Positions 10,653-20,481 of a DNA stretch of 64,000 nt are shown here, in pieces (the first letter of the stretch is position 1; the number at the start of each line of letters is the position of its first letter). Made by a program: the position numbers and the translations under genes. Under the pieces are notes generated by a model. That model worked only from the letters and a program-made list of their open reading frames with translations. It had not been told where the DNA came from and ran no database searches. The stretch comes from an uncultured bacterium (GTDB lineage: Bacteria > Chloroflexota > UBA5177 > JANWHV01), in assembly GCA_963729625.1 (NCBI GenBank), contig CAVSOU010000007.1, positions 128,001 to 192,000 on the forward strand, written 5' to 3'.

Positions 10653-11939
10653 CTACACTCCAACCGCGGCGAGGACTTCGGGCCGCCGGCAAACATATCC
10701 CGCAACATGTCTCTCATAATCATCGCGGAAGTACTTCACACTGCTGGCGACAGGCCCGGTTGCGAACTCGCCGAGAGCGCAGAGGCTCTTGCCGGCGATG
10801 TTTTCGCATATGTTGAGTAGCAGGTCAAGGTCGGCCATTGTGCCCAAACCTGTTTCCATTCGCTCGAGAATCCTGGCCATCCAGGGGCAGCCTTCGCGGC
10901 ACGGAGTGCACTTGCCACATGATTCGTGCGCGAAGAATTGGGTCGCTCGCAGCGTGAAGTCGATGATGCACTGGCGATCGTCGAGCACAATCATGGCGCC
11001 GGCCCCGAGCGCGCTGCCGATCTTGGCGACCGCGTCGATGTCGGCGGGAGTGTCCTGCTGCGACGCCGGGATGATCGGCGGTTCCGCCCCGAGCATCAGC
11101 GCCTTGAGCGGGTGAGTCGGATCCTCCATGCCTCCGGCCATCTCGATCAGTTCGCGGAATGGTGTGCCCATCGGGGCTTCGTAGTTCTCGGGATTCTTAA
11201 CATTTCCCGATATGGAGAACACTTTCGTGCCGGGGCAGGTCGGGGACCCGATACCGAGGAACCACTCGGCGCCATTCAGCACGATGTGCGGCACGTTGCA
11301 CAGGGTCTCCACGTTGTTGACCACCGTGGGCTTCTGGTACAGACCCTTGATGGCGGGAAACGGCGGGCGCTGCCGCGGCTGACCACGACTGCCCTCCATG
11401 CACTCGATGAGCGCGGTCTCCTCGCCCACCTCGTATGATCCGGCGCCGCGCTGGACGATCACGTCCAGGTCGTAGCCGCTCCCCAAGATGTTCCTGCCCA
11501 GATAGCCAATCCTGTATGCCTCGGCAACCGCGGTTTCGAGGCGCTGCCTGGCGTGCAGATATTCGCCGCGGATCAAGATGAAGGCAAGGCGAGCCCCTAT
11601 CGCGAAGGACGTGATCATGCATCCCTCGAGCAGCTGATGCGGGCTGAACTCCATCAGCAGCCGGTTGTTGAAGGCGCCGGGCGTGCCCTCATCGGCATTG
11701 CACAAAAGGTATTTCTCAATTGCGGGGTCTTTAGGCAAAAAGCTCCACTTCCGGCCGGCCGGAAAGCCGGCTCCGCCACGCCCACGCAGATTCGCCTTGA
11801 TCACCATCTCGGTGATCTCTCTCGGCTGCATGTCCTTCAGTGCCCGGCGCAGCGCGGTGTAGCCGCCGTGTTGCTCATAGACGTCGATGCGTTCGATGCC
11901 AGGCACGCCTCGGTGCTTGGTCAGGATAAGATCCGGCAT
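10653..11939 (-). CDS. nuoF: NADH-quinone oxidoreductase subunit F (divergent flavin-site motifs)
   Basis: LRGRGGAGFPAGRKW, GEETALI, NNVETL, ESCGKCTPCREG...CALG. Confidence 0.95.
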   Translation of the reverse strand: MPDLILTKHRGVPGIERIDVYEQHGGYTALRRALKDMQPREITEMVIKANLRGRGGAGFPAGRKWSFLPKDPAIEKYLLCNADEGTPGAFNNRLLMEFSPHQLLEGCMITSFAIGARLAFILIRGEYLHARQRLETAVAEAYRIGYLGRNILGSGYDLDVIVQRGAGSYEVGEETALIECMEGSRGQPRQRPPFPAIKGLYQKPTVVNNVETLCNVPHIVLNGAEWFLGIGSPTCPGTKVFSISGNVKNPENYEAPMGTPFRELIEMAGGMEDPTHPLKALMLGAEPPIIPASQQDTPADIDAVAKIGSALGAGAMIVLDDRQCIIDFTLRATQFFAHESCGKCTPCREGCPWMARILERMETGLGTMADLDLLLNICENIAGKSLCALGEFATGPVASSVKYFRDDYERHVAGYVCRRPEVLAAVGV

Positions 11940-11978
11940 CCAACCCTCCGGCCCCGCCCTCAGGCAATGGGAGCTGAC

Positions 11979-12446
11979 TTATGAGAATCGTTCCAGCACA
12001 GCGTCGATGGACTCCGGTGTATCGAGCGGTCCGAAGGGCTCCAGATCGATCTCGAGCATCGGCGCTCGCTCGCACTGCCCCAGACACTCAACCGCCTGGA
12101 CGTAAAACCGGCCATCGGTGGTCGAGTTGCCAATCTCGACGTCGAGCTTCTTCAGCACGTACGCCACAACCTTGTCACACCCGCGCGCTTTACATGAGAG
12201 GTTCGTGCAAATATCGATCGTGTGCCGGCCAATCGGTTTCTTGAAGAACATGGTGTAGTAGCTGGCAACGGACTTGACGTCCGCGGGCGTTAGCCGCAAC
12301 AAGTCGCCCACTTCCGCCATCGACTCTTCGCTCACGTAGCCTGCCTCATCTTGAACCAGGTAAAGTGAGGGCAACAGCGCCGATCGTCGGTGTGGGTAGC
12401 GATCGATCAGCTCAACTATGCGATTGCGGGTCGCCTCTGAAAGCAT
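11979..12446 (-). CDS. nuoE: NADH-quinone oxidoreductase subunit E
   Basis: 2Fe-2S ligands CTNLSC and ECLGQC; VASYYTMF. Confidence 0.95.
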   Translation of the reverse strand: MLSEATRNRIVELIDRYPHRRSALLPSLYLVQDEAGYVSEESMAEVGDLLRLTPADVKSVASYYTMFFKKPIGRHTIDICTNLSCKARGCDKVVAYVLKKLDVEIGNSTTDGRFYVQAVECLGQCERAPMLEIDLEPFGPLDTPESIDAVLERFS

Positions 12447-12538
12447 TTCTTCTTACCTATACCTGCGCCGCCCCACTGGACGGCCCCCAACCCCAGCCCC
12501 TCGAACTTGTTGCCTTCGCCGTTTGGCAAGAAGTCCTG

Positions 12539-13780
12539 CTATCGATCGATTTCTCCCAGAATAATGTCGATGCTCCCGATGATCGCTACGACATCCGCCA
12601 CGAAATGGCCCTTGCAAAGAATCGGCAGCGCCTGCAAGTTCGCAAACGACGGGGCGCGAACGTGACATCTCCGCGGCTTATTTGTCCCGTCGCTCACGAC
12701 GTACACGCCGAGTTCACCTCTGGGCGACTCTGCTGATGCGTATGCCTCTCCAATCGGAGGATGGAGCCCCTCGGTAAGCAGCTTGAAATGATGGATCACT
12801 GCTTCCATGCTGGACGCAAGCTCCTCCTTCGGAGGCGGAATCACCTTTCGATTGTCCGACCGAATGGGACCTTCGGGCATCATGTTCAAGCACTGGGCCA
12901 CGATGCGCTGCGACTCGCGGAGCTCGGCTACCCGGCACAGATAGCGGGCGTAGCAATCCCCTTCCGTCCGTACTGGCACGTCGAAGCTCAGTTGATCGTA
13001 CACGAGGTACGGTTCCTTCTTGCGGATGTCCCAATCAATTCCGGACGCCCGGAGGGCGGGGCCAGTAACGCCGAATTGCAGCGCCTGTTCGATGCTGAGT
13101 TTCCCCACGCCCTGCAGGCGCTCTTTCCAGATTCCATTGCGCGTCAACAAGCGCTCGTATTCGTCTACCCGCGCCGGAAACGCATCGTTGAAGGCGCGAA
13201 CGCGCTCAAACCATCCGTCCGGCGCCTCCTGCTCGACACCGCCAAAGCGGATGTAGCTGGTCATCATGCGCTGGCCGGTCAGCTCCTCGAATAGGTCGAG
13301 CAGCTGCTCGCGCTCGCGGAAACAGTACAGGAACACCGTCATGGCGCCGAGATCCAACGCGTGCGTGCCCAGCCACACGAGATGACTGGTAATCCGAGTC
13401 ATCTCGACGAGGAGCGTACGCAACCACTGCGCCCTCGCCGGAACATCGAGCCCAAGCAACTTCTCCACCGCCATGCAGTACACCAGGTTGTTGCCGAGGG
13501 GGTTGAGATAGTCCATCCGATCCGTGCATGTGAGCGCGGCTTCATAGCGCTTGCACTGAATCGTCTTCTCGATGCCTGTGTGAAGGTATCCGATCTCCGG
13601 TTCGGCGTTGACGACGGTCTCCCCGTCGAGCGTGAGAATGACCCGCAGAACTCCGTGCGTGCTAGGGTGTTGCGGACCCATGTTGACGGTCATGTAGTCG
13701 GAACCATCGCGCACTTCCGGGCGCTCGACGATCGCCGTACGGCCATCCTCGCTCTCGACAATGCGTGTTTCAGTTGCCAC
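12539..13780 (-). CDS. nuoD: NADH-quinone oxidoreductase subunit D
   Basis: NMGPQHPSTHGVLR, GYLHTGIEK, ends DIILGEIDR; start moved to GTG (VATETRIV). Confidence 0.96.
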   Translation of the reverse strand: MATETRIVESEDGRTAIVERPEVRDGSDYMTVNMGPQHPSTHGVLRVILTLDGETVVNAEPEIGYLHTGIEKTIQCKRYEAALTCTDRMDYLNPLGNNLVYCMAVEKLLGLDVPARAQWLRTLLVEMTRITSHLVWLGTHALDLGAMTVFLYCFREREQLLDLFEELTGQRMMTSYIRFGGVEQEAPDGWFERVRAFNDAFPARVDEYERLLTRNGIWKERLQGVGKLSIEQALQFGVTGPALRASGIDWDIRKKEPYLVYDQLSFDVPVRTEGDCYARYLCRVAELRESQRIVAQCLNMMPEGPIRSDNRKVIPPPKEELASSMEAVIHHFKLLTEGLHPPIGEAYASAESPRGELGVYVVSDGTNKPRRCHVRAPSFANLQALPILCKGHFVADVVAIIGSIDIILGEIDR

Positions 13781-13826
13781 GGGTGTCGTCCAATTCACTG
13801 TGAGCACGCACAAGACATGCGCGCGG

Positions 13827-14366
13827 CTACGATGTAAACCCGACCTCTTCGCCGCCCATGGGATGGTCAAACCGAAGCGGATAGCCCTGCCAGTCCTCCG
13901 GCAACAGCAGCCGCCGCAAGTTGGGATGCTCGCTGAACCGAATGCCAAGAAGGTCGAAAACCTCTCGCTCGAACCAGTTCGCCCCCGCGTGGACCGACGT
14001 CACTGATGGCAGCTCCGGATTCGGAACGTCCTCGACCTCCACTTTGAGCCGAAATCGCGCCACGCGTGACGGAGAGAGCAGGTTGTAGACAACCTCCCAT
14101 CGCGGCGAACGCGGAAGCAGGTCTACGGCAGTCACGTCCAGCAGCACGTCGAGCTTCGTTGCCGGGTCGTCTCGAAGAGTCCTGCATGCGTCGACAATCA
14201 GGCCGGCAGGAACTATCGCCCAGTCCGCGCCAAACGCGCTCGCCGTCCGTATTGATGCCTCAGGGAACGCGGCGCGCAGAGCCTTTACGGCCACATTCTG
14301 CTCTGCCGCGCTGACCGTCACAGCCTGGTTGGATGCATTCTCGAGTTGCGCCGCGCTGACTCCCAT
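13827..14366 (-). CDS. nuoC: NADH-quinone oxidoreductase subunit C
   Basis: ANWFEREVFDLLGIRFSEHPNLRRLLLPEDWQGYPLR. Confidence 0.95.
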   Translation of the reverse strand: MGVSAAQLENASNQAVTVSAAEQNVAVKALRAAFPEASIRTASAFGADWAIVPAGLIVDACRTLRDDPATKLDVLLDVTAVDLLPRSPRWEVVYNLLSPSRVARFRLKVEVEDVPNPELPSVTSVHAGANWFEREVFDLLGIRFSEHPNLRRLLLPEDWQGYPLRFDHPMGGEEVGFTS

Positions 14367-14369
14367 GCT

Positions 14370-14855
14370 TTAGCTCGCCCGCCGCGTGACCAAACGCTCG
14401 CGCGAGATCTTCTGCTGAAGCTTCAGCACCGCGTCCATCAGCGCTTCGGGCCTCGGAGGACAGCCGGGGACGTAGACGTCAACCGGCACAATCTTGTCGA
14501 CACCCTGAATCACCGCGTAGTTGTTGAAGATTCCGCCCGATGTGGCACATGCGCCCATCGAGATAACCCACTTCGGTTCTGGCATCTGATCGTAGATCTG
14601 TCGCAGCACCGGCGCCATCTTCTGGCACACGCGGCCAGAGACGATCATCAGGTCCGACTGCCGGGGTGAGGCACGAAACAACTCAGAGCCAAATCGCGCG
14701 AGATCGTACTTGCTCGCACCTGTCGACATCATTTCGATGGCACAACAGGCCAGACCGAACAGCGCCGGCCACAATGACGATTTGCGCCCCCAATCGGCCA
14801 CTTGCTCAATTGTAGAGGTAATAATGCTGTCGCCAAAGGCGGTCTCTAGTCCCAC
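14370..14855 (-). CDS. nuoB: NADH-quinone oxidoreductase subunit B
   Basis: [29 protein letters not shown]; true start is the GTG overlapping the nuoA end, not the 15905 ORF start. Confidence 0.96.
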   Translation of the reverse strand: MGLETAFGDSIITSTIEQVADWGRKSSLWPALFGLACCAIEMMSTGASKYDLARFGSELFRASPRQSDLMIVSGRVCQKMAPVLRQIYDQMPEPKWVISMGACATSGGIFNNYAVIQGVDKIVPVDVYVPGCPPRPEALMDAVLKLQQKISRERLVTRRAS

Positions 14856-15211
14856 TCCAGCACTCCTTTTCGCCAGATATAGAGCAGGCCAAGGAAAAGA
14901 ACGGCCATGAACACCACCATCTCCTCGAACCCGAACACCTTGAGATGCTTGAGCCACACCGCCCACGGGTAGAGGAAAATGGCTTCGATATCGAACACGA
15001 TGAACAGCATGGCCATCAGGAAGAACTTCACGGGAAAGCGCTGCCGGGCCGGGGTCACCGGAACGATCCCACACTCGTACGGCGCCAGTTTTGCGGGCGT
15101 GGGCCGGCTTGGTCCAAAGAAGATGGAGACCCCGGTCAACGTCACTGCCAGCGCCACAGCCAAGCCCATGATGATCAGAATGGGCGCATACGCCGTAAGA
15201 CCGGTGGTCAT
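14846..15211 (-). CDS. nuoA: NADH-quinone oxidoreductase subunit A
   Basis: [20 protein letters not shown], ends KGVLEWD. Confidence 0.96.
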   Translation of the reverse strand: MTTGLTAYAPILIIMGLAVALAVTLTGVSIFFGPSRPTPAKLAPYECGIVPVTPARQRFPVKFFLMAMLFIVFDIEAIFLYPWAVWLKHLKVFGFEEMVVFMAVLFLGLLYIWRKGVLEWD

Positions 15212-15302
15212 GACGACCCCCTCTCCCGAGCCGTGTCCCGTGAATGGTCGATTTCATGCCTGCGCAACGGGCCATCCGCTGGATTAGGCGCAGCACCTTC
15301 TG

Positions 15303-15311
15303 AGTATACCA
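15303..15311 (-). promoter_or_regulatory. Putative extended -10 promoter of the nuo operon
   Basis: Minus strand TGgTATACT about 90 nt upstream of nuoA. Confidence 0.5.
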
Positions 15312-15377
15312 AAAGCCTTGTGCTTCGTGGTTTCTTAAAAGAAGCGTATGCTTGAGCCGTTGCCTTGCGCAACTGAC

Positions 15378-15407
15378 TTGCCTCAATTGACTGCGCGGTC
15401 GTATAGT
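15378..15407 (+). promoter_or_regulatory. Putative sigma70 promoter of the radical SAM gene
   Basis: TTGCCT-N18-TATAGT. Confidence 0.45.
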
Positions 15408-15491
15408 TTCGAATGTCGGAGGTGGTACCTGGCTCTCGTGCGAGTTGGGACATTCGGTAGCGTCGACTGCGACCAAGAAACTGAGGAGAGC

Positions 15492-16604
15492 ATGCGACCA
15501 TTCGCGATAGACTGGGGGTTGGCGAGCCTGGCCCTTGGTCCGCTCACTGGCCGGCCTGTCATGGCGTACTACTATGTGACGTACAAGTGTACGGCGCGTT
15601 GTACGTTCTGCAACATCCCCGATGGGCCGATGGACGTCATCCCTGTGTCGAAGTATGCAACGACGGCGCAGAGCATCGAGCATTTCCGCATCCTCAAGAG
15701 CGTCGGCGTGCGAATAGTCGACTTCACCGGTGGGGAGCCGCTGCTCAAGAAGAATCTGCCTGTGCTGCTGAAGGCGGCAAAGGACATGGGGCTCGCTACG
15801 CAGCTGACGACGAACTGCACGCTGTATCCGCGTCGGGCGCGCGAGCTTCAGGGACTCGTCGACATTCTGAACTTCTCGCTGGTTGGCCCCACTGCATCGC
15901 TGCACAATCCTATCCGAAGGGACTGCAGCTTCGATGATGTTATCCGCAGCATGGGTATCGCGCGCGAGCTCGGTGAGCCATACCAGCTCATCTTTGTGCT
16001 CACTAACGGCAATATCGATCAGCTTGAGCCCATGATCGAGCTAACGCGCGAGCACCAGGCGATCCTCAAGATACAGCCCGAATTCGACCTCTTCGGCAAC
16101 GGTAACGTGGACCTCAGCAACGTGCGCGCGGCCGAGAAGTTGGCGCGACAGAACAACGTCTATGTCAATATGGCGGAAACTCGGATCTTTGAGACAGGCA
16201 ACCTCAAGGAAAAGCCGCGTTGCCGTGCGGCGAATGCTGTGGTCGTGGTCTCGCCAGACGGCTATGTCCTCTACCCGTGCTATCACATGGTAACGACCAA
16301 AATACCTCTGGACGGCAACTTTCCCAGGTTGATCCGCTCCAACAAGTGGAAGCAGATGCAGGATGAGGTGGGGACATTCAGCTTCTGCGACGGCTGTCGA
16401 AACCTCTGCTACCTGCACCCATCGTTTACGTACAGGTACGACCGTCTCTTTGTGCTCAACGCGTTGTCGGACTACCGTTACCTGCGCGAGCGCAAGAGGA
16501 TTGAGACGGAACGTGCGGCGACGTTAGCCCGACAGACTGCCGAGGATGCCGCGGAGGCAAGCGAAACCGCTCACGCGACCATAGCGATGGCCGCCGGCAG
16601 GTAG
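15492..16604 (+). CDS. Radical SAM protein with Cys-rich SPASM/Twitch-like C-terminus
   Basis: CTARCTFC (CxxxCxxC), FTGGEPLL, later RCRA...PDG...PC...CDGCRNLC; ATG after GAGGAG. Confidence 0.88.
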   Translation: MRPFAIDWGLASLALGPLTGRPVMAYYYVTYKCTARCTFCNIPDGPMDVIPVSKYATTAQSIEHFRILKSVGVRIVDFTGGEPLLKKNLPVLLKAAKDMGLATQLTTNCTLYPRRARELQGLVDILNFSLVGPTASLHNPIRRDCSFDDVIRSMGIARELGEPYQLIFVLTNGNIDQLEPMIELTREHQAILKIQPEFDLFGNGNVDLSNVRAAEKLARQNNVYVNMAETRIFETGNLKEKPRCRAANAVVVVSPDGYVLYPCYHMVTTKIPLDGNFPRLIRSNKWKQMQDEVGTFSFCDGCRNLCYLHPSFTYRYDRLFVLNALSDYRYLRERKRIETERAATLARQTAEDAAEASETAHATIAMAAGR

Positions 16605-16769
16605 ACCTGGGTGTTCTCCCGTCTGCCGGGCTATGCGTCTCGTCGGCTGTGCCCTGCGGTGCTGCGCGCTTGTGCTTGCGAATTACGCTGCCCGCGTGCT
16701 ACACCGTCCTGTGAAGGGGCGTAGGCCCCGGCCCATGGCGCGGTGACCTCAACCAAGTAAAGGCGCTCG

Positions 16770-17951
16770 GTGAAGATCGCGATCGCGACCGATTTCCATA
16801 GTCCGTGGGTTGGCGGTCCCGCGACGTTTATAGACAACTTCTCGGCGTTTCTCGTAAGTCGCGGCCACCAAGTGGACATCCTGGCGCCGAGTGCGACGGG
16901 AAGGGCGTCGGTTGAGCGCGGACCGGGCAAGACCGTTCATCGCTTCCAGAGTGCAGCCCTTCCGTTTGGCTATGGCGTGCGAGCGGTGTGGCGGGTAGAC
17001 CGCGTCGGCGCGGCGCTACGCCGGATCGAGCCTGAAGTCGTTCAGATCCATCACCCATTTCCTCTGGGATCCGCGGCAATGATCGCCTCCCGCCGCCTCG
17101 GAATCCCGATCGTGGCAGTGAACCATACGATCCCCGAGTGCTCGCTCTATGGGATGCGACTCAGCCGCGCTTACCCGATCGCGCTCAACGCATTTCAATG
17201 CTACCTGGCCTGGCTGCTGGCTCACGCGACGGCGATATGCACACCCACGAGAACCGCTGCAAGCCTTCTGAGTGCCATGGGGATCAGCGCCGGCGTCGAG
17301 GTGATTTCTAACGGCGTCGACACCAGCCGTTTCAGGCCTGGTGCAGACAAGTCGGTCGCTCGCCGGAAGCTCGGACTCCCAGACAAGCCAATGGTGCTGT
17401 ACACCGGCAGACTGGACGCCGAGAAAGACATGGAGACTTGGCTGAGGGCCGGAGCCAAGCTGCTGGCGGCGGTGGACGCCCATCTCGTGGTCGGCGGAGA
17501 AGGCGCGGATAAGCCCAGGCTCCAGGACATCGTGCGCCAATTGGGCCTTCGGAGCAGAGTCACGTTTCCTGGTTACCTCCCGGTCGAGCAGCTCCCCTGC
17601 CTCTACCAGGCCGCCGATATCTATTTCATTACGAGCGCCGTGGAGCTGCAGAGCATTACGACGCTCGAGGCGTTGGCGTCCGGGCTCCCGGTCGTGGCTG
17701 CCGACGCGGCCGCGCTGCCTGAGCTCGTCATTCCTGGCGTCAACGGTTTCCTGGCAAAGCCGCGTGATGCCGCAACGTTTGGCGCAGCCCTGATCGATGT
17801 CTTGCGGTCGAGCGAAACCATCGCGCGAATGGGTGCCGCGGGCCGATTGATTGCAGAGCAGCACAGCCTGCAGACCGCGGCAGCTCGACATGAGCAACTA
17901 CTCGAGCGTGTGGCCGCGCGGACGTACGCCGCGAAAGTCGCGACCGCATGA
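16770..17951 (+). CDS. GT4 glycosyltransferase, resembling diacylglycerol glycosyltransferases
   Basis: MKIAIATD, ISNGVD, YTGRLDAEK, ELQSITTLEALASGLPVV. Confidence 0.88.
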   Translation: MKIAIATDFHSPWVGGPATFIDNFSAFLVSRGHQVDILAPSATGRASVERGPGKTVHRFQSAALPFGYGVRAVWRVDRVGAALRRIEPEVVQIHHPFPLGSAAMIASRRLGIPIVAVNHTIPECSLYGMRLSRAYPIALNAFQCYLAWLLAHATAICTPTRTAASLLSAMGISAGVEVISNGVDTSRFRPGADKSVARRKLGLPDKPMVLYTGRLDAEKDMETWLRAGAKLLAAVDAHLVVGGEGADKPRLQDIVRQLGLRSRVTFPGYLPVEQLPCLYQAADIYFITSAVELQSITTLEALASGLPVVAADAAALPELVIPGVNGFLAKPRDAATFGAALIDVLRSSETIARMGAAGRLIAEQHSLQTAAARHEQLLERVAARTYAAKVATA

Positions 17952-19312
17952 ACAGGAAGCTGCGCCGGGTCGATCCTACGCCTCTCACGCGCCTCGACAC
18001 GCGCACAGGCCCTCTGAGTCCGCGCCAACCTGATACGCAGACTGCGAACGGGTTCATGGGCGTCCTGCGCAATCCTGCCTTTCTCAGGCTCTGGACCGCA
18101 CAGGCTCTGTCGCAGACCGCCCAGAACATGGTGTGGTACGCTCTCTTCCTGCAGATCGCTCGCCTCTCGAACGGCGCTCCTGCCGCCGTGGGCGCAATGA
18201 TCATGATGGTGCAGCTACCGACAATTCTGTTCGCGGGTCTCTCCGGCATCCTCGTCGATCGGTTCAGCAAGCACCACATTCTCGTCTTCAGCAATGTGAT
18301 GCGCACGCTCGGCTGTGTCGGCTACGTCGTATTTCTCAATCACGTGTCTGCCCTGTACGCGATTACCTTCTTCGTGGCCGTCGTGAACCAGCCGTTCCAG
18401 CCGGCCGAAAGCGCGACAATCCCACTGCTCGTAAGCGATCGCCTTCTGCTGCCGGCCAACGCGCTATTCCAGATTACCTTCATGTGCTCGCAGGTCCTGG
18501 GCTATGTTGCCGGACCGATTCTCGCCGGCTTTCCCGCCGTCGGCGTGCAGAAGACGATGATCATCAGCGCGGTTTTCCTCGCGATTTCCGCGCTCGTACT
18601 GGTCGGGCTGCCGGAGATAACGCGCAAAAGGCGGAAGATTGCCGGCAGCGAGAGCGCCCGGCACGCGGTCCTGCAAATGTGGCTTGAACTCGTGGAAGTC
18701 GCCAGAGTCGTGGCAAAGGACTCGCGCCTCGCCGTGGCCCTCATCCAGCTCAGTCTCGCTCCGGCCGTTCTGCTGGTGCTCAGCGAGCTGGGACCCAAGT
18801 ATGTCAAGGATCTCATGGCCACGAGCCAGTACAACGCTATGATCTGGCTCATCGCACCAGCGGGGGCCGGCCTCGGAGTCGGCATGTATCTCATCGACCG
18901 CATCGGCCACCGTATGCCCAAGGGACGCGTGGCATCCGCCGCGATGATCGCCACTGGGGTCGCGCTCGGTGCGCTGGCCATTGTGCCGAACGTCACGGGA
19001 GTCCTGCTCAGCTACGTCCACGTAAGCAGGACCCTCGGCGCGGCAAGCATGACCGTACCAATCAGCTTCGTGCTGGGCATCGCCACGTCACTCCTGGTTG
19101 CTCCCGCTCAGACAATCGTCCAGGAGCGCGCGGATGGCAACTTGCGAGGCCGTGTACTGGCCGTCCAGCAAGCGCTTGCCGCGGCCGTAACGATTCCGCC
19201 TTTGATCGCCGTGGCGGCTGTCGGCCAGCTGCTCAGCACGTCCGAGACCATGGGTATTCTCGCAGTCGTCGTCGTGCTCGCCGGTCTCCTAAGCCGGCGA
19301 GCCGTCTTCTAG
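17948..19312 (+). CDS. MFS transporter (DHA3-like)
   Basis: FLRLWTAQALSQ, GILVDRFSK motif A, about 12 TM segments; ATGA overlap with the GT4 gene. Confidence 0.88.
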   Translation: MNRKLRRVDPTPLTRLDTRTGPLSPRQPDTQTANGFMGVLRNPAFLRLWTAQALSQTAQNMVWYALFLQIARLSNGAPAAVGAMIMMVQLPTILFAGLSGILVDRFSKHHILVFSNVMRTLGCVGYVVFLNHVSALYAITFFVAVVNQPFQPAESATIPLLVSDRLLLPANALFQITFMCSQVLGYVAGPILAGFPAVGVQKTMIISAVFLAISALVLVGLPEITRKRRKIAGSESARHAVLQMWLELVEVARVVAKDSRLAVALIQLSLAPAVLLVLSELGPKYVKDLMATSQYNAMIWLIAPAGAGLGVGMYLIDRIGHRMPKGRVASAAMIATGVALGALAIVPNVTGVLLSYVHVSRTLGAASMTVPISFVLGIATSLLVAPAQTIVQERADGNLRGRVLAVQQALAAAVTIPPLIAVAAVGQLLSTSETMGILAVVVVLAGLLSRRAVF

Positions 19313-19428
19313 CTTCCACGCTACCCGCTGCGTCCGCCGGCCAAGCCTCACATCGCCAATGCCATGCGATTTTTCATGGCCGGCAGAGGCAATGCTGACT
19401 CTCAGGGCTCTGCGAGCGACCTCGCATT

Positions 19429-20481
19429 TCAGTCGAGGAGACCCTGTTCCCGTAACAGCTCGGCGTTGAGCACTGAACCACCTGCAGCGCCGCGCATGGT
19501 GTTGCTGCCAAGCGCGACAAACTTGACGCCGAGGATCGCGCAGTCGCGGACTCGCCCGACGCTGACAGACATGCCGTTTCCGGCGTCGCGGTCGAGCCTC
19601 GTCTGCGGGCGATTTGGCTCCGAGCGAACAATCACCGGCTGCGCGGGCGCGGTCGGAAGACCGAGTTCCTGAGGCAGACTGGTATAGCTTCGGAACGCCT
19701 CCACCACGTCGTCCAGCGAGGCCGGGGTGCTCAGGGCCGCGGAGACGCATTCCAGGTGGCCATCGCGCGTCGCCACGCGGTTGCAGTGAGCACTCATCGT
19801 GATCTTGGCAAACTCGATGGCGCCGTCCGCGTAACGGCCCAGCATCTTCAGAGGCTCCTCCTCGAGCTTGGGTTCCTCTCCGCCGATATACGGAATCGCA
19901 TTGTCGAGGATGTCGAGCGACGGCAAGCCTGGATAGCCGGCGCCGGACACCGCCTGAAGCGTGGTCACTAACACCTTGTCCAGTCCGAATGTCCTCTGAA
20001 GTGGATGCAGAGCGGTCACCAATACGGCGGCACAGCAATTTGGATTGGTGACGATGTAGCCGGGCCATCCTTTGCGACGTCGCTGCTCACGCAGGATTGC
20101 CGAATGTTCGTGGTTGACCTCGGGCACGAGCAGGGGAACGAGTGGATCCATCCGGTGGTTCGAAGCATTACTGAAGACGTAGTGGCCTCGCCGAGCGTAA
20201 TCAGCCTCCACATCTCCCGCCACGTCCGATGGAAGCGCGGAAAACACGACACGTGCCTCGAGTTCGGCCCCGAGCGGGAGCACCTCGAGATCGCGAGCAG
20301 CGTGGGGAATCCCGGCGCCAAGGAGCCACCGACAGGCGTCTGCGTAGCGCTTGCCTGCCGAGCGATCCGACGCGACGACAGCCTTCAGCTCAAACCATGG
20401 ATGATCGGCTGTCAGGCCCACAAAATACTGGCCAACCATGCCGGTAGCGCCAAGGACGGCGACGGAAATGCGCTTGCTCAC
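19429..20481 (-). CDS. asd: Aspartate-semialdehyde dehydrogenase (archaeal/eukaryote-type)
   Basis: GATGMVGQ, NPNC catalytic Cys, QAVSGAGYPG, NTMRGAAGGSVLNAEL. Confidence 0.95.
   Translation of the reverse strand: MSKRISVAVLGATGMVGQYFVGLTADHPWFELKAVVASDRSAGKRYADACRWLLGAGIPHAARDLEVLPLGAELEARVVFSALPSDVAGDVEADYARRGHYVFSNASNHRMDPLVPLLVPEVNHEHSAILREQRRRKGWPGYIVTNPNCCAAVLVTALHPLQRTFGLDKVLVTTLQAVSGAGYPGLPSLDILDNAIPYIGGEEPKLEEEPLKMLGRYADGAIEFAKITMSAHCNRVATRDGHLECVSAALSTPASLDDVVEAFRSYTSLPQELGLPTAPAQPVIVRSEPNRPQTRLDRDAGNGMSVSVGRVRDCAILGVKFVALGSNTMRGAAGGSVLNAELLREQGLLD

Noticed and set aside
1041-15211. Complex I variant with a second nuoM or missing NADH module
   Set aside because: Only one nuoM is present and nuoE, F and G are all there; subunit content is the standard 14.
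14856-15905. Long N-terminal extension of NuoB in the ORF track (511 aa)
   Set aside because: It overlaps nuoA and the radical SAM gene; NuoB similarity starts at the GTG at 14855.
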